DNA from: Acidimicrobiales bacterium
GTDB taxonomy: Bacteria; Actinomycetota; Acidimicrobiia; Acidimicrobiales; RAAP-2
Direction of reading: 5' to 3'
DNA: 30,859 nucleotides
Assembly (NCBI GenBank): GCA_036560685.1
Contig: DATBQT010000049.1
Span: 1-30,859, forward strand
Numbering within the stretch: position 1 is the first letter of the stretch; each line of letters begins with the position of its first letter. Positions 9,455 to 18,397 of this stretch are shown piece after piece. The notes below the pieces were generated by a model that was given only the letters and a program-made list of their open reading frames with translations, was not told the origin of the DNA and searched no databases. The position numbers and the translations under genes were made by a program.

Positions 9455-10913
9455 CGAGGTACGCCTCCAGCCCGTGACGGCCGCCCTCGCGGCCGAAGCC
9501 CGACTCCTTGAACCCGCCGAACGGGCTCGCGGGGTCGAACCGGTTGAACGTGTTCGCCCAGACCACACCCGCACGCAGGCGCTCGGCCATCGCCAGGATT
9601 CGGCTCCCCTTCTCGGTCCACACGCCCGCCGACAGCCCGTAGGTGGTGTTGTTCGCCTTCTCGACCGCCTCGTCGGGCGTGCGGAAGGTGAGGACCGAGA
9701 GCACCGGTCCGAAGATCTCCTCGCGCGCGATGCGGTGCGACGGCGAGACGTCGGTGAAGACCGTGGGCGGGAACCACCACCCCTTCTCCGGCAGCACGCA
9801 CGCAGGGCTCCAGCGCTCCGCGCCCTCGTCGACCCCGGCGTCGGCGAGCGCGACGATCCGACCGAGCTGCTCGGCGGAGTTGATCGCGCCGATGTCGGTG
9901 TTCTTGTCCATGGGGTCGCCGAGCCGCAGCGTGGCGAGCCGTCGCTTGAGCATGTCGACGACCGTCGAGGCGACGGACTCTTCGACGAGCAGCCTCGACC
10001 CCGCGCAGCACACGTGGCCCTGGTTGAAGAAGATCCCGTTCACGATCCCCTCGACCGCCTGGTCCAGCGCAGCGTCGGCGAACACGATGTTCGCGGCCTT
10101 CCCCCCGAGCTCGAGCGTCAGGCGCTTCGAGGTCCCGGCCACCATCTCGGCGATCCGGCGCCCGACGTCGGTCGATCCGGTGAAGGCGACCTTGTCGACG
10201 TCGTCGTGCGCGACGAGCGACGCGCCGGTCGACCCGTCGCCGGTGAGCACGTTCACGACGCCATCGGGCAGCTCTGCCTGCTGGAGGATGTCGGCGAGGA
10301 CCAGCGCGGACAGCGGTGTGGTCTCGGCCGGCTTGAGCACGCACGTGTTGCCGGTGGCGAGCGCCGGAGCGAGCTTCCATGCCGCCATGAGCAGGGGGAA
10401 GTTCCACGGGATGACCTGGGCCGCCACGCCGAGCGGCTTGGGCCGCGCGCCGAAGCCCGCGTGCTCGAGCTTGTCGGCCCAGCCCGCGTAGTAGAAGAAG
10501 TGCGCCGCGGCGAGCGGGATGTCGACGTCGCGCGACTCGCGGATCGGCTTGCCGTTGTCGAGCGTCTCGACGACGGCGAGCTCGCGGGAGCGCTCCTGGA
10601 TCAGCCGGGCGATGCGGAACAGGTACTTCGCGCGCTGCCGCCCGGGCATCGAGCCCCACGGCCCGTCGAACGCCGCGCGCGCGGCGGTGACCGCGGCGTC
10701 CACGTCGCGCGGACCGGCCTGTACGACCTCGGCGAGCACCTCTTCGCTCGAGGGGCTCACGGTCTTGAACACCGTCCCGTCGATGGGCTCTCGGAACGCC
10801 CCGTCGATGAAGAGGCCGTAGGAGCTTTGCAGTCGCGCGACCGCGCGTGACTCCGGCGCGGGCGCGTACTCGATCGCCTCGGGCGCGGCCCGTGGCTCGG
10901 TGGTGTCGGTCAC
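9447..10913 (-). CDS. NAD-dependent aldehyde dehydrogenase (probably acetaldehyde from DeoC)
   Basis: Motifs 'IPWNFP', 'KPAETTP', 'FTGST', 'LELGGK', 'FFNQGHVCCAGS' (catalytic Cys), 'EEIFGP', 'PFGGFKESG.GREGG'. Confidence 0.93.
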   Translation of the reverse strand: MTDTTEPRAAPEAIEYAPAPESRAVARLQSSYGLFIDGAFREPIDGTVFKTVSPSSEEVLAEVVQAGPRDVDAAVTAARAAFDGPWGSMPGRQRAKYLFRIARLIQERSRELAVVETLDNGKPIRESRDVDIPLAAAHFFYYAGWADKLEHAGFGARPKPLGVAAQVIPWNFPLLMAAWKLAPALATGNTCVLKPAETTPLSALVLADILQQAELPDGVVNVLTGDGSTGASLVAHDDVDKVAFTGSTDVGRRIAEMVAGTSKRLTLELGGKAANIVFADAALDQAVEGIVNGIFFNQGHVCCAGSRLLVEESVASTVVDMLKRRLATLRLGDPMDKNTDIGAINSAEQLGRIVALADAGVDEGAERWSPACVLPEKGWWFPPTVFTDVSPSHRIAREEIFGPVLSVLTFRTPDEAVEKANNTTYGLSAGVWTEKGSRILAMAERLRAGVVWANTFNRFDPASPFGGFKESGFGREGGRHGLEAYLDV

Positions 10914-10914
10914 G

Positions 10915-11922
10915 TCACTCCACGCTCACGTCGTCGGCGCCCGCATAGGCGCCGGTGAGCTGCTTTCGGCGCTGCAAGAGCAGGTCGTTGAGCAAACTCG
11001 AGGCGCCGATCCGGAACAGGTCGCTGGTGAGCCAGCGTGCCCCGACGGTCTCGTTGACCGCGACGAGGTACCGGATCGCGTCCTTGGTGGTCCGGATGCC
11101 GCCTGCGACCTTGACTCCGACCGCTCGGCCGCTCACCGCCTCGTAGTCACGGACCGCCTCGAGCAGCACGAGCGCGACGGGCACGGTCGAGGCGGGCGAC
11201 ACCTTTCCGGTCGAGGTCTTCACGAAGTCCGCGCCGGCGAGCATCGCGAGCCATGCCGCGCGACGCACGTTGTCATAGGTCGAGAGCTCGCCGGTCTCGA
11301 GGATCACCTTGAGATGCGCACCACCGCAGGTCTCCTTGACGGCCACGATCTCCTCGGCGACCCTGCCGTAGCGGCCCTGGAGGAACGCGCCGCGGTCGAT
11401 CACCATGTCGACCTCGTCGGCACCGGCGGCGACGGCGTCCGCCACGTCGGCGAGTTTGACCGCGAGCGAGGCGCGGCCGGACGGAAAGGCGGTCGCCACC
11501 GAGGCGACCGCCACGGTGCTGTCGGCGAGCGCGCGCCGCGCCATGGTGACCAGGTCGGGGTAGACGCAGACGGCGGCCACGGCGGGCACCGTGTCGTCGG
11601 CGGGCTCCGGCCGGCGCGCCTTCGCGCAGAGGTTCTTGACCTTGCCGTCGGTGTCAGCGCCCTCGAGCGTCGTGAGGTCGATCATCGAGATCGCGAGGTC
11701 GATGGCACGGAGCTTGGACGTCGTCTTGACCGACCTCGTGGCCAGCATCGCGGCCCGGGCCTCGCAGCCCACCTGGTCGACGCCTGGAAGCCCGGCCAAG
11801 AATCGAGCGAGGCGCTCCTCGGAGGCCACGATCGCTCCCCCGTCGAGCGAGCTCGCCGCCAAGTAGCGCTGCGCTGCAGCGGGGATCGACGCCGACGCCC
11901 TCGCCTGCTCGGCAGTCTGCAT
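10915..11922 (-). CDS. deoC: deoxyribose-phosphate aldolase (long actinobacterial type)
   Basis: Motifs 'IDLTTLEG.DT', 'SVATAFPSG', 'GADEVDMVI', 'LKVILETGEL', 'GADFVKTSTGK', 'VKVAGGIR', 'RIGASSLL'. Start at ATG 11922 with a GGAGG SD. The longer ORF runs antisense through ychF. Confidence 0.95.
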   Translation of the reverse strand: MQTAEQARASASIPAAAQRYLAASSLDGGAIVASEERLARFLAGLPGVDQVGCEARAAMLATRSVKTTSKLRAIDLAISMIDLTTLEGADTDGKVKNLCAKARRPEPADDTVPAVAAVCVYPDLVTMARRALADSTVAVASVATAFPSGRASLAVKLADVADAVAAGADEVDMVIDRGAFLQGRYGRVAEEIVAVKETCGGAHLKVILETGELSTYDNVRRAAWLAMLAGADFVKTSTGKVSPASTVPVALVLLEAVRDYEAVSGRAVGVKVAGGIRTTKDAIRYLVAVNETVGARWLTSDLFRIGASSLLNDLLLQRRKQLTGAYAGADDVSVE

Positions 11923-11956
11923 GCTCGCCCCTCCGGTGCACGCGCCCGCGAAACGG

Positions 11957-11973
11957 ACGTGGACCACGTTAAC
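11957..11973. promoter_or_regulatory. palindrome ACGTGG-A-CCACGT overlapping a minus-strand TAACGT -10 of the deoC operon; candidate operator
   Basis: Inverted repeat at 11957-11969 read directly. TANNNT hexamer at 11966-11971 on the minus strand. Confidence 0.35.
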
Positions 11974-12027
11974 AAGGGGCCGCAGGCACGATCTCGGCCA
12001 CTGCAGCGGCGCGTAGCCTCGGCGCCC

Positions 12028-13113
12028 ATGGGACTCTCGATCGCGATCGCCGGCCTGCCGAACGTCGGCAAGTCGACGCTGTTCAACGCGCTCACCCAGA
12101 ACGAGGTGCTCGCCGCCAACTACCCGTTCGCGACGATCGAGCCGAACGTCGGGATCGTCGAGGTCCCCGATCGGCGGCTCGTGCCGCTCGCCAAGCTCTA
12201 CGACGCGCCCAAGGTCATCCCCGCTGCGGTCACCTTCCTCGACATCGCCGGGATCGTCCGCGGCGCGAGCGAGGGCGAGGGGCTCGGCAACCAGTTCCTC
12301 GCCGCCATCCGCGAGACCGACGCGATCTGCGAGGTCGTCCGGGCCTTCGAGGACGACGACGTCATCCACGTGGAGGGCCGGCTCAACCCCTCCGACGACA
12401 TCTCGACGATCGAGACCGAGCTGATCCTGGCCGACCTCCAGACCGTCGACAAGGCGCTCCCCCGCATGGAACGCGACGCCAAGCGCCCCGGCGCCGGCGC
12501 GCCCGGACCGCAGCTCGCCGCGACGCACGCGGCCCGAGCGGTGCTCGACGACGGCCGGACGATCGCGTCGGCGGCGCACGAGCTCGACCTCGAGGCGCTG
12601 GGCGACCTGCACCTGCTCACGTCGAAGCCGTTCATCTACGTCTTCAACGTCGACGAGGCGACGCTCGCCGATGACGAGGCGAAGGCGCGCCTCACCGCAC
12701 TCGCCGCACCCGCCCCGAGCGTGATCCTGTCCGCGAAGCTCGAGTCGGAGCTCTCCGGGCTCGACCCCGACGAGGCGGCCGAGCTGCTCGCCGAGTACGG
12801 CCAGCATGAATCGGGGCTCTCGCAGCTCGCCCGCGTCGGCTTCGAGACCCTCGGGCTGCAGACGTTCCTCACGGCGGGACCGAAGGAGGCGCGAGCCTGG
12901 ACGATCCACAAGGGCGCGACCGCGCCAGAGGCGGCCGGCGTCATCCACTCAGACTTCGAGACGCACTTCATCAAGGCAGAGGTCGTCTCCTACGACGACC
13001 TCGTCGAGGCGGGATCGGTCGTCGCGCTTCGGTCGTCGGGCAAGGCGCGGATCGAGGGCCGCGACTACGTCATGCAGGAGGGCGACGTCGTCGAGTTCCG
13101 AGTGGGCGTCTGA
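12028..13113 (+). CDS. ychF: Obg-family ATPase YchF
   Basis: Motifs '[15 protein letters not shown]', '[11 protein letters not shown]', '[24 protein letters not shown]', '[10 protein letters not shown]', '[12 protein letters not shown]'. Confidence 0.97.
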   Translation: MGLSIAIAGLPNVGKSTLFNALTQNEVLAANYPFATIEPNVGIVEVPDRRLVPLAKLYDAPKVIPAAVTFLDIAGIVRGASEGEGLGNQFLAAIRETDAICEVVRAFEDDDVIHVEGRLNPSDDISTIETELILADLQTVDKALPRMERDAKRPGAGAPGPQLAATHAARAVLDDGRTIASAAHELDLEALGDLHLLTSKPFIYVFNVDEATLADDEAKARLTALAAPAPSVILSAKLESELSGLDPDEAAELLAEYGQHESGLSQLARVGFETLGLQTFLTAGPKEARAWTIHKGATAPEAAGVIHSDFETHFIKAEVVSYDDLVEAGSVVALRSSGKARIEGRDYVMQEGDVVEFRVGV

Positions 13114-13138
13114 ACCGACGGCACCGTACGCTGGCGCG

Positions 13139-13600
13139 ATGGTCACACTCCGCGAAAAGTCAAAAGAAGAGCTCGTCACGTGGATCCCCGAGACGTTCGC
13201 CGGCTACATCGAAGAGCGGATCGGCGCGGGCGAGAGCCGTGCGTCCGCGGAGACGAACGGCAAGGCCCAACAAGAGCAGCTCTTCCCTGGGGGCCTGCCC
13301 GCCGAGGGGCAGCACGCGATGAACGTGCTCGACGGCGACGAGGTCGTCGGCACCCTGTGGATGGGCAAGCCGTTCGGGAACCTCGAGAGCACCTGGTTCG
13401 TCTTCTACGTCGAGATCGATGAGGCGCACCGGGGTCGCGGCCTCGGTCGCGCGGCGATGCAGGCAGCCGAGGACTGGACCAAGGAGCACGACGGGACGCG
13501 GGTCGCCCTCAACGTCTTCGGCCCCAACGTGGTCGCGCGCTCGCTCTACGACTCGCTCGGCTACCAGGTGATGGCGACGGCGATGTTCAAGGACCTGTAG
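13139..13600 (+). CDS. GNAT family N-acetyltransferase
   Basis: Acetyl-CoA motif 'IDEAHRGRGLGRAAM' and 'LNVFGPN.VARSLYDSLGY'. ATG is 6 nt after TACGCT. Confidence 0.9.
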   Translation: MVTLREKSKEELVTWIPETFAGYIEERIGAGESRASAETNGKAQQEQLFPGGLPAEGQHAMNVLDGDEVVGTLWMGKPFGNLESTWFVFYVEIDEAHRGRGLGRAAMQAAEDWTKEHDGTRVALNVFGPNVVARSLYDSLGYQVMATAMFKDL

Positions 13601-14746
13601 CTACGCCCCAGCGCCGGTGAGCAGCTCGGCCATGTTGTGGTGGAAGAAGCGCTCCTTGGCGAGCTCGGGCGTCGACGACATGGCGTCCTCGAACTTTGCG
13701 AGCGGGTCCCTCCCGCCCTCTGGGTGCGGGAAGTCCGTCGAGAACATGAACAGCTCGTCGCCGGCCTGCTCGATCATCCAGCCCACGTCCTCGCCTGGGA
13801 ACGGCGTGAACTTGAGGTGCCGACGCACGTAGCTCGAGGGCCTGTCGGCGAGGTGCTGAAGGGGCTCCTCGGTCCGCTTGAACGCGCGCTGGCCGTAGTC
13901 GAGGTGGCGCAGCCACGAGACCACCCAGCCCGCGCCCTGCTCGATGCACGCGCCACGGAGGGCGGGGAAGCGGTCGAACAGGCCGTCGTAGATGAGCGCG
14001 CCCAAGAAGACCTCCGGGGAGTGGTGGATCGCGAGGTAGTCCTTCGACCGCACGTTCTCACCGCCGCCCAGGTGGTCGGTCACGGGCATCCCGTTGTCGT
14101 GGAACGCGGGGTCCAAGAGTCGGCCCCCGCCGCCGACGTGCAGGACGAACGGCACGTTGGACGCTTCGAGCTCTGCCCAGAAGGGGTTCAGGTCCGGGTG
14201 CGTGGGCGCGCGGTCGCCCGCGGCCGTCGACGGCACCATGACGGCAGCGACGCCGAGCGAGAGCGCCTCTCGCAGGGCGGCATGGGCGCGCGCAGGGTCC
14301 GCGAGCGAGACGAACCCGACGGGCAGCAGTCGGTCGTCGCCGGCACAGAAGCCCACGACGGCGCGGTTCTGCGCGCGACAGCCCGCGTAGAGCAGGTCGA
14401 GGTCGCGCCCGAGGAACATCGTGGTGGCGAACGTGGCGAAGACGAGCTGGCCCTCGAAGCCGAAGAGGTCGAGCGCGTGGCTGCGCTCGGCCACGTCGAA
14501 CGCCCCGAGCGCGTGCCACCCCTTGTCCTGCAGGAGGCGCTCGTCGGCCACCTCGGCCGCCCGGGGATCGCTCAGGCGCTTCTCCCGGCGCGAGACCGCA
14601 TCGTCGAGGACCGGCTGGAGCTTGGCCATGCCGCCCTTGCGGAGCCGGTCTCGCTGGTCGGCGTCGATGTAGTCGTCGAGGAAGTCGGCCATCTCCATCA
14701 GGTGGCTGTCCGCGTCAAGGATGGTCCTGGTCCCGGCGTAGGTCAT
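13601..14746 (-). CDS. amidohydrolase family protein (Amidohydro_2 type)
   Basis: N-terminal 'ILDADSH', 'FVLHVG', 'IEQGAGW', C-terminal 'FSTDFPHPEG'. GGGGAG SD before ATG 14746. Substrate unknown. Confidence 0.85.
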   Translation of the reverse strand: MTYAGTRTILDADSHLMEMADFLDDYIDADQRDRLRKGGMAKLQPVLDDAVSRREKRLSDPRAAEVADERLLQDKGWHALGAFDVAERSHALDLFGFEGQLVFATFATTMFLGRDLDLLYAGCRAQNRAVVGFCAGDDRLLPVGFVSLADPARAHAALREALSLGVAAVMVPSTAAGDRAPTHPDLNPFWAELEASNVPFVLHVGGGGRLLDPAFHDNGMPVTDHLGGGENVRSKDYLAIHHSPEVFLGALIYDGLFDRFPALRGACIEQGAGWVVSWLRHLDYGQRAFKRTEEPLQHLADRPSSYVRRHLKFTPFPGEDVGWMIEQAGDELFMFSTDFPHPEGGRDPLAKFEDAMSSTPELAKERFFHHNMAELLTGAGA

Positions 14747-14841
14747 GGTCTCCCCTAACAACGATGTGCCGGAAGTCTGGCACCCCGTCGGCCGACGGTC
14801 ACTCGGCGAGACATCCCCCTGGAACCCGGCGCGCGAACGGC

Positions 14842-14929
14842 TAGGATGCGGGTGCTCAAGCGTGCAGCGACAGAGGTCGGCGCCGAGCTCCATCGAGACG
14901 AGCGCGCACGCGCTCAAGGAGGCTCCGCC
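14842..14929 (+). promoter_or_regulatory. ahcY promoter (-10 TAGGAT) and structured 5' leader; possible variant SAH riboswitch
   Basis: TAGGAT at 14842-14847. Hairpin GAGCGC/GCGCTC (14900-14915) lies directly 5' of the SD AAGGAGG (14916-14922). An alternative pairing GCGTGC (14860-14865)/GCACGC (14906-14911) exists. The canonical consensus is not matched. Confidence 0.3.
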
Positions 14930-16369
14930 ATGACCACGCACGACTTCAAGGTTGCCGATCTCTCGCTCGCCGGGTTCGGCCGCCGCGAGATCGCCCTCGC
15001 CGAGCACGAGATGCCGGGGCTCATGGCGATGCGCGCCGAGCACGGCGCGGCCAAGCCGCTCACCGGTGCGCGCATCACCGGCAGCCTTCACATGACCGTC
15101 CAGACGGCGGTGCTGATCGAGACGCTGACCGCGCTCGGCGCGGACGTCCGCTGGGCGAGCTGCAACATCTTCTCCACCCAGGACCACGCCGCCGCCGCGG
15201 TCGCGGTCGGCGCCGACGGCACCGAGCACGACCCCGCGGGGGTCCCGGTCTTCGCGTGGAAGGGCGAGTCGCTCGAGGAGTACTGGTGGTGCACCGAGCA
15301 GGCGCTGACCTGGCCCGGCCACGATGGCCCGACGATGATCCTGGACGACGGCGGCGATGCGACGCTGCTCGTGCACAAGGGCGTCGAGTTCGAAAAGGCG
15401 GGCGCGGTCCCAGAACCCACGAGCGAGGACTCCGAGGAGTTCGCGATCGTGCTCTCGGTGCTCGCGAGGAGCCTGGGAACGCACCCGGGCAAGTGGACGA
15501 CGATGGCGTCCGGGATCAGGGGGGTCTCGGAGGAGACGACCACCGGCGTGCACCGCCTCTACGAGATGGCCCGTGACAACGCGCTCCTCTTCCCCGCGAT
15601 CAACGTGAACGACGCGGTGACCAAGTCGAAGTTCGACAACAAGTACGGGTGCCGCCACAGCCTCATCGACGGCATCAACCGCGCGACGGACGTGCTCATC
15701 GGCGGCAAGGTCGCCGTCGTCTGCGGCTACGGGGACGTCGGCAAGGGCTGCGCGGAGAGCCTCCGGGGCCAGGGCGCGAGGGTCATCGTGACCGAGATCG
15801 ACCCGATCTGCGCGCTGCAGGCGGCGATGGACGGCTACCAGGTCGCGACGCTCGAGGACGTGCTCGGCACCTGCGACCTGGTGATCACCGCGACCGGCAA
15901 CAAGGGCGTCGTCACCGCCGACCAGATGTCGCGCATGAAGCACCAGTGCATCGTGGGCAACATCGGGCACTTCGACAACGAGATCGACATGTCGGGGCTC
16001 GCGGCGTACCCCGGCGTCGTCCGCGAGACCGTCAAGCCGCAGGTCGACCTGTGGACCTTCCCCGACGGCCACGCGATCATCGTGCTGTCAGAGGGACGAC
16101 TCCTCAACCTCGGCAACGCGACGGGCCACCCGAGCTTCGTGATGTCCAACTCCTTCACCAACCAGGTGATGGCGCAACTCGAGCTCTACCGCTCTGGTGC
16201 TGACTACGCGACAGCCGTGCACACGCTGCCCAAGCACCTCGACGAGAAGGTGGCGCGCCTGCACCTCGACGCGCTCGGCGTGCGGCTCACGACGCTGCGC
16301 GACGACCAGGCCGCGTACCTCGGCATCTCCGTCGACGGTCCCTACAAGCCCGACACCTACCGCTACTAG
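14930..16369 (+). CDS. ahcY: S-adenosylhomocysteine hydrolase
   Basis: Motifs 'EMPGLM', '[16 protein letters not shown]', '[13 protein letters not shown]', 'EETTTGV', '[14 protein letters not shown]', 'GYGDVGKG', '[10 protein letters not shown]', 'GPYKP..YRY'. Strong SD AAGGAGG. Confidence 0.97.
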   Translation: MTTHDFKVADLSLAGFGRREIALAEHEMPGLMAMRAEHGAAKPLTGARITGSLHMTVQTAVLIETLTALGADVRWASCNIFSTQDHAAAAVAVGADGTEHDPAGVPVFAWKGESLEEYWWCTEQALTWPGHDGPTMILDDGGDATLLVHKGVEFEKAGAVPEPTSEDSEEFAIVLSVLARSLGTHPGKWTTMASGIRGVSEETTTGVHRLYEMARDNALLFPAINVNDAVTKSKFDNKYGCRHSLIDGINRATDVLIGGKVAVVCGYGDVGKGCAESLRGQGARVIVTEIDPICALQAAMDGYQVATLEDVLGTCDLVITATGNKGVVTADQMSRMKHQCIVGNIGHFDNEIDMSGLAAYPGVVRETVKPQVDLWTFPDGHAIIVLSEGRLLNLGNATGHPSFVMSNSFTNQVMAQLELYRSGADYATAVHTLPKHLDEKVARLHLDALGVRLTTLRDDQAAYLGISVDGPYKPDTYRY

Positions 16370-16397
16370 CCACAGCGGCGCCCGGTCGTCGCCGAGC

Positions 16398-17579
16398 TCA
16401 GCGGAGCGCGTCGGCCAGCTCTCTGGCGCGCGCCTCGGGGGTCACGCGGTCGACGACGACGTCGTCGCAGCCGACCCACGTGGCCGCCTCGCGCAGGGCG
16501 GCGGCCACGTGGCGCGGCGCGTCGCGGGTGTGCAGCACGACGTGTCGCGCGTGCAGCGTCGACTTCAGGCGCTTCGGGTCGACGAGGGCGACGAGCCGGT
16601 CGCCCGCGAGCACCGGCATGGCGAAGTACCCCGCGACGCGCAGGTGCTTCGGCACGTAGGCCTCGAGGCGGTAGCGAAGCGAGAACAGCCGCTCGGTGCG
16701 GCCCCGGTCCCACACGAGCGAGTCGAAGGGCGACAGGAGCACCGTGCGGCCGCGCGGCCGGGCATCGAGCGCGCCGAGTGCGCCCCGCGCCGCCCACGCG
16801 GGTTGGTCCCAGCCCTCGACCTCCACGGCTTCGAGCCCCGCGTCGTCGATCGCTCCTCGCACCGACGCCTGGAGCATGCCGTGGTAGGCGGCGAGGTCGG
16901 CGACCGTGGCCACACCGAGCGCGCTCGCCGCCGACGCGACGAGCCCGGCGGCGCACTCCTGGTCGCTCGGCGCTTCCTCGAGCAGCGCTCGGGGAACGGC
17001 TCGCTCCGCGAGGTCGTAGACGCGCTCGAAGCCCCGTCGCTCGCGCGCCACCACCTCGCCGATGTCCAAGAGCCACTCGGCTGCGATCTTGACGTCGGAC
17101 CAGTCCCACCACGACCCGCCTGCCTTCGCGCCACCGAGCTGGCGTGCGGTGAGCGGGCCGTCGGCGACGAGCCGGTCGCGCACGACGCGGCACGCAGCCT
17201 CGCGGTCGTCGAGGTCGTGCCACCGGCGGCCCTTCGCGAGCCGCGCCCGTCGCTTTGCCGCGTACAGCGGCCAGGTCTCGAGCGGGAGCACGCACGCGGC
17301 GTGGGACCAGAACTCGAAGGTCTGCGACGACGGGCCCCAGAAGGCGTCGTCGATCGAGCTGCGGCGAACCGCGCCGAGCCGGGCGTAGGCGACGAGCTCA
17401 TGGGAGCGCGCCAGCACCGAGATCGTGTCGAGCTGCACCGCGCGCAACCGTTGGAGGACCCCCGTCGGGCCGCCCTTGATCCTCGCGCCGAGGAGCCCCT
17501 GTGCGGCGAGTGCGACGCGGCGCGCCTCGCGGGCCGAGAGCGGCGTCGGGTGCGCGCGACCGGGGTCGGTGCTCGTCAG
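16398..17579 (-). CDS. YcaQ/AlkZ-family (HTH_42) winged-helix DNA glycosylase, interstrand crosslink repair type
   Basis: 'ARRVALAAQG', catalytic-type 'VQLD' (QxD as in YcaQ), 'RSHELV..ARLG', 'FEFWSHAA', 'LLSPFD.LVWDR.R..LF...YRLE.YVP...R..GYF'. Start uncertain: CTG 17579 or GTG 17651. Confidence 0.85.
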   Translation of the reverse strand: MTSTDPGRAHPTPLSAREARRVALAAQGLLGARIKGGPTGVLQRLRAVQLDTISVLARSHELVAYARLGAVRRSSIDDAFWGPSSQTFEFWSHAACVLPLETWPLYAAKRRARLAKGRRWHDLDDREAACRVVRDRLVADGPLTARQLGGAKAGGSWWDWSDVKIAAEWLLDIGEVVARERRGFERVYDLAERAVPRALLEEAPSDQECAAGLVASAASALGVATVADLAAYHGMLQASVRGAIDDAGLEAVEVEGWDQPAWAARGALGALDARPRGRTVLLSPFDSLVWDRGRTERLFSLRYRLEAYVPKHLRVAGYFAMPVLAGDRLVALVDPKRLKSTLHARHVVLHTRDAPRHVAAALREAATWVGCDDVVVDRVTPEARARELADALR

Positions 17580-18397
17580 TCGCGCCAGGGTGCGAAGAGG
17601 TCGTCGTCGACGCCGACCCGCCCGAAGGGGTCCACCGCTCGGGTGAACCACTCGTTGCCGAAGACCTGGCGGAACCGGTCGCGTCCCATCTTCAAGAAGA
17701 ACGAGTTGTCGGTCTGGCTCGAGTGCGCGGACAGCGCGTCGAACTTCGCGTCGGCGGCCCCCGAGACGTCGACGATGACCCCGATCGCCTCGTCCGAGGT
17801 GCCGAACGGCGGGTCCTCGCCGTCCGAGCCCGGCCCTTCGATGCCCGCCTCCTCCATGATCTGGCGGAACCGCTTGAATGCGGACTTCGGGATCGCGGTG
17901 TAGTACAGGCTCGCCGTCAGCCCGGACTGCTCGAGCGCGGCGCGCGTGACGCGATTCGCCTGGATGTGGTCGGGGTGGCCGTAGAACCCGTTCTCGTCGT
18001 AGGTGACGACGACCTGCGGGCGCTCCTCGAGCAGGATCGGCACGAGCTTCGCAGCGGCCTCGTCGACGGGCGTCGACCAGAACGAGCCGGGCGCGTCGTT
18101 CTGCGGCCAGCCCTCCATGCCCGAGTCGGGGAACCCCAGCATCTCGAGCCGCGTGACGCCCAGGATCGCGGCCGCGGTCGCGAGCTCGGTGGCGCGGTGC
18201 GCGGCGACCTCGCCAGGCTCATGGTGCTCGAGGTCTGGCGTGGTGCCGTCGGGCGAGTCGCCGAGCGCGCCGTCGGTGCAGGTGACGAGCACGGTCCGGA
18301 TCCCCTGGTCCGCGTAGGTGCGGAGCACCCCGCCCGTCGAGGACGACTCGTCGTCCGGGTGCGCGTGGACGCACAGCATGGTCAGCTGGTCGGTCAT
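17576..18397 (-). CDS. PIG-L/LmbE family Zn deacetylase/amidase (MshB/Mca-like), copy 2
   Basis: Motifs 'VHAHPDDE', 'VTCTDG', 'YDENGFYGHPDH', 'AH.SQ'. ATGA-coupled to copy 1. Confidence 0.9.
   Translation of the reverse strand: MTDQLTMLCVHAHPDDESSSTGGVLRTYADQGIRTVLVTCTDGALGDSPDGTTPDLEHHEPGEVAAHRATELATAAAILGVTRLEMLGFPDSGMEGWPQNDAPGSFWSTPVDEAAAKLVPILLEERPQVVVTYDENGFYGHPDHIQANRVTRAALEQSGLTASLYYTAIPKSAFKRFRQIMEEAGIEGPGSDGEDPPFGTSDEAIGVIVDVSGAADAKFDALSAHSSQTDNSFFLKMGRDRFRQVFGNEWFTRAVDPFGRVGVDDDLFAPWRD

Noticed and set aside
14766-14798. Inverted repeats GTGCCGGA/TCTGGCAC and CCGTCG-GC-CGACGG upstream of the amidohydrolase
   Set aside because: They are short, GC-rich and plausibly chance occurrences at this base composition. 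There is no second copy or regulator to support them.
10900-16072. Long N-terminal extensions of ychF (10900), deoC (12948), GNAT (12806) and amidohydrolase (16072) in the ORF track
   Set aside because: The extensions run antisense through neighbouring real genes. Internal starts with an SD or -10 signal match the family N-termini.
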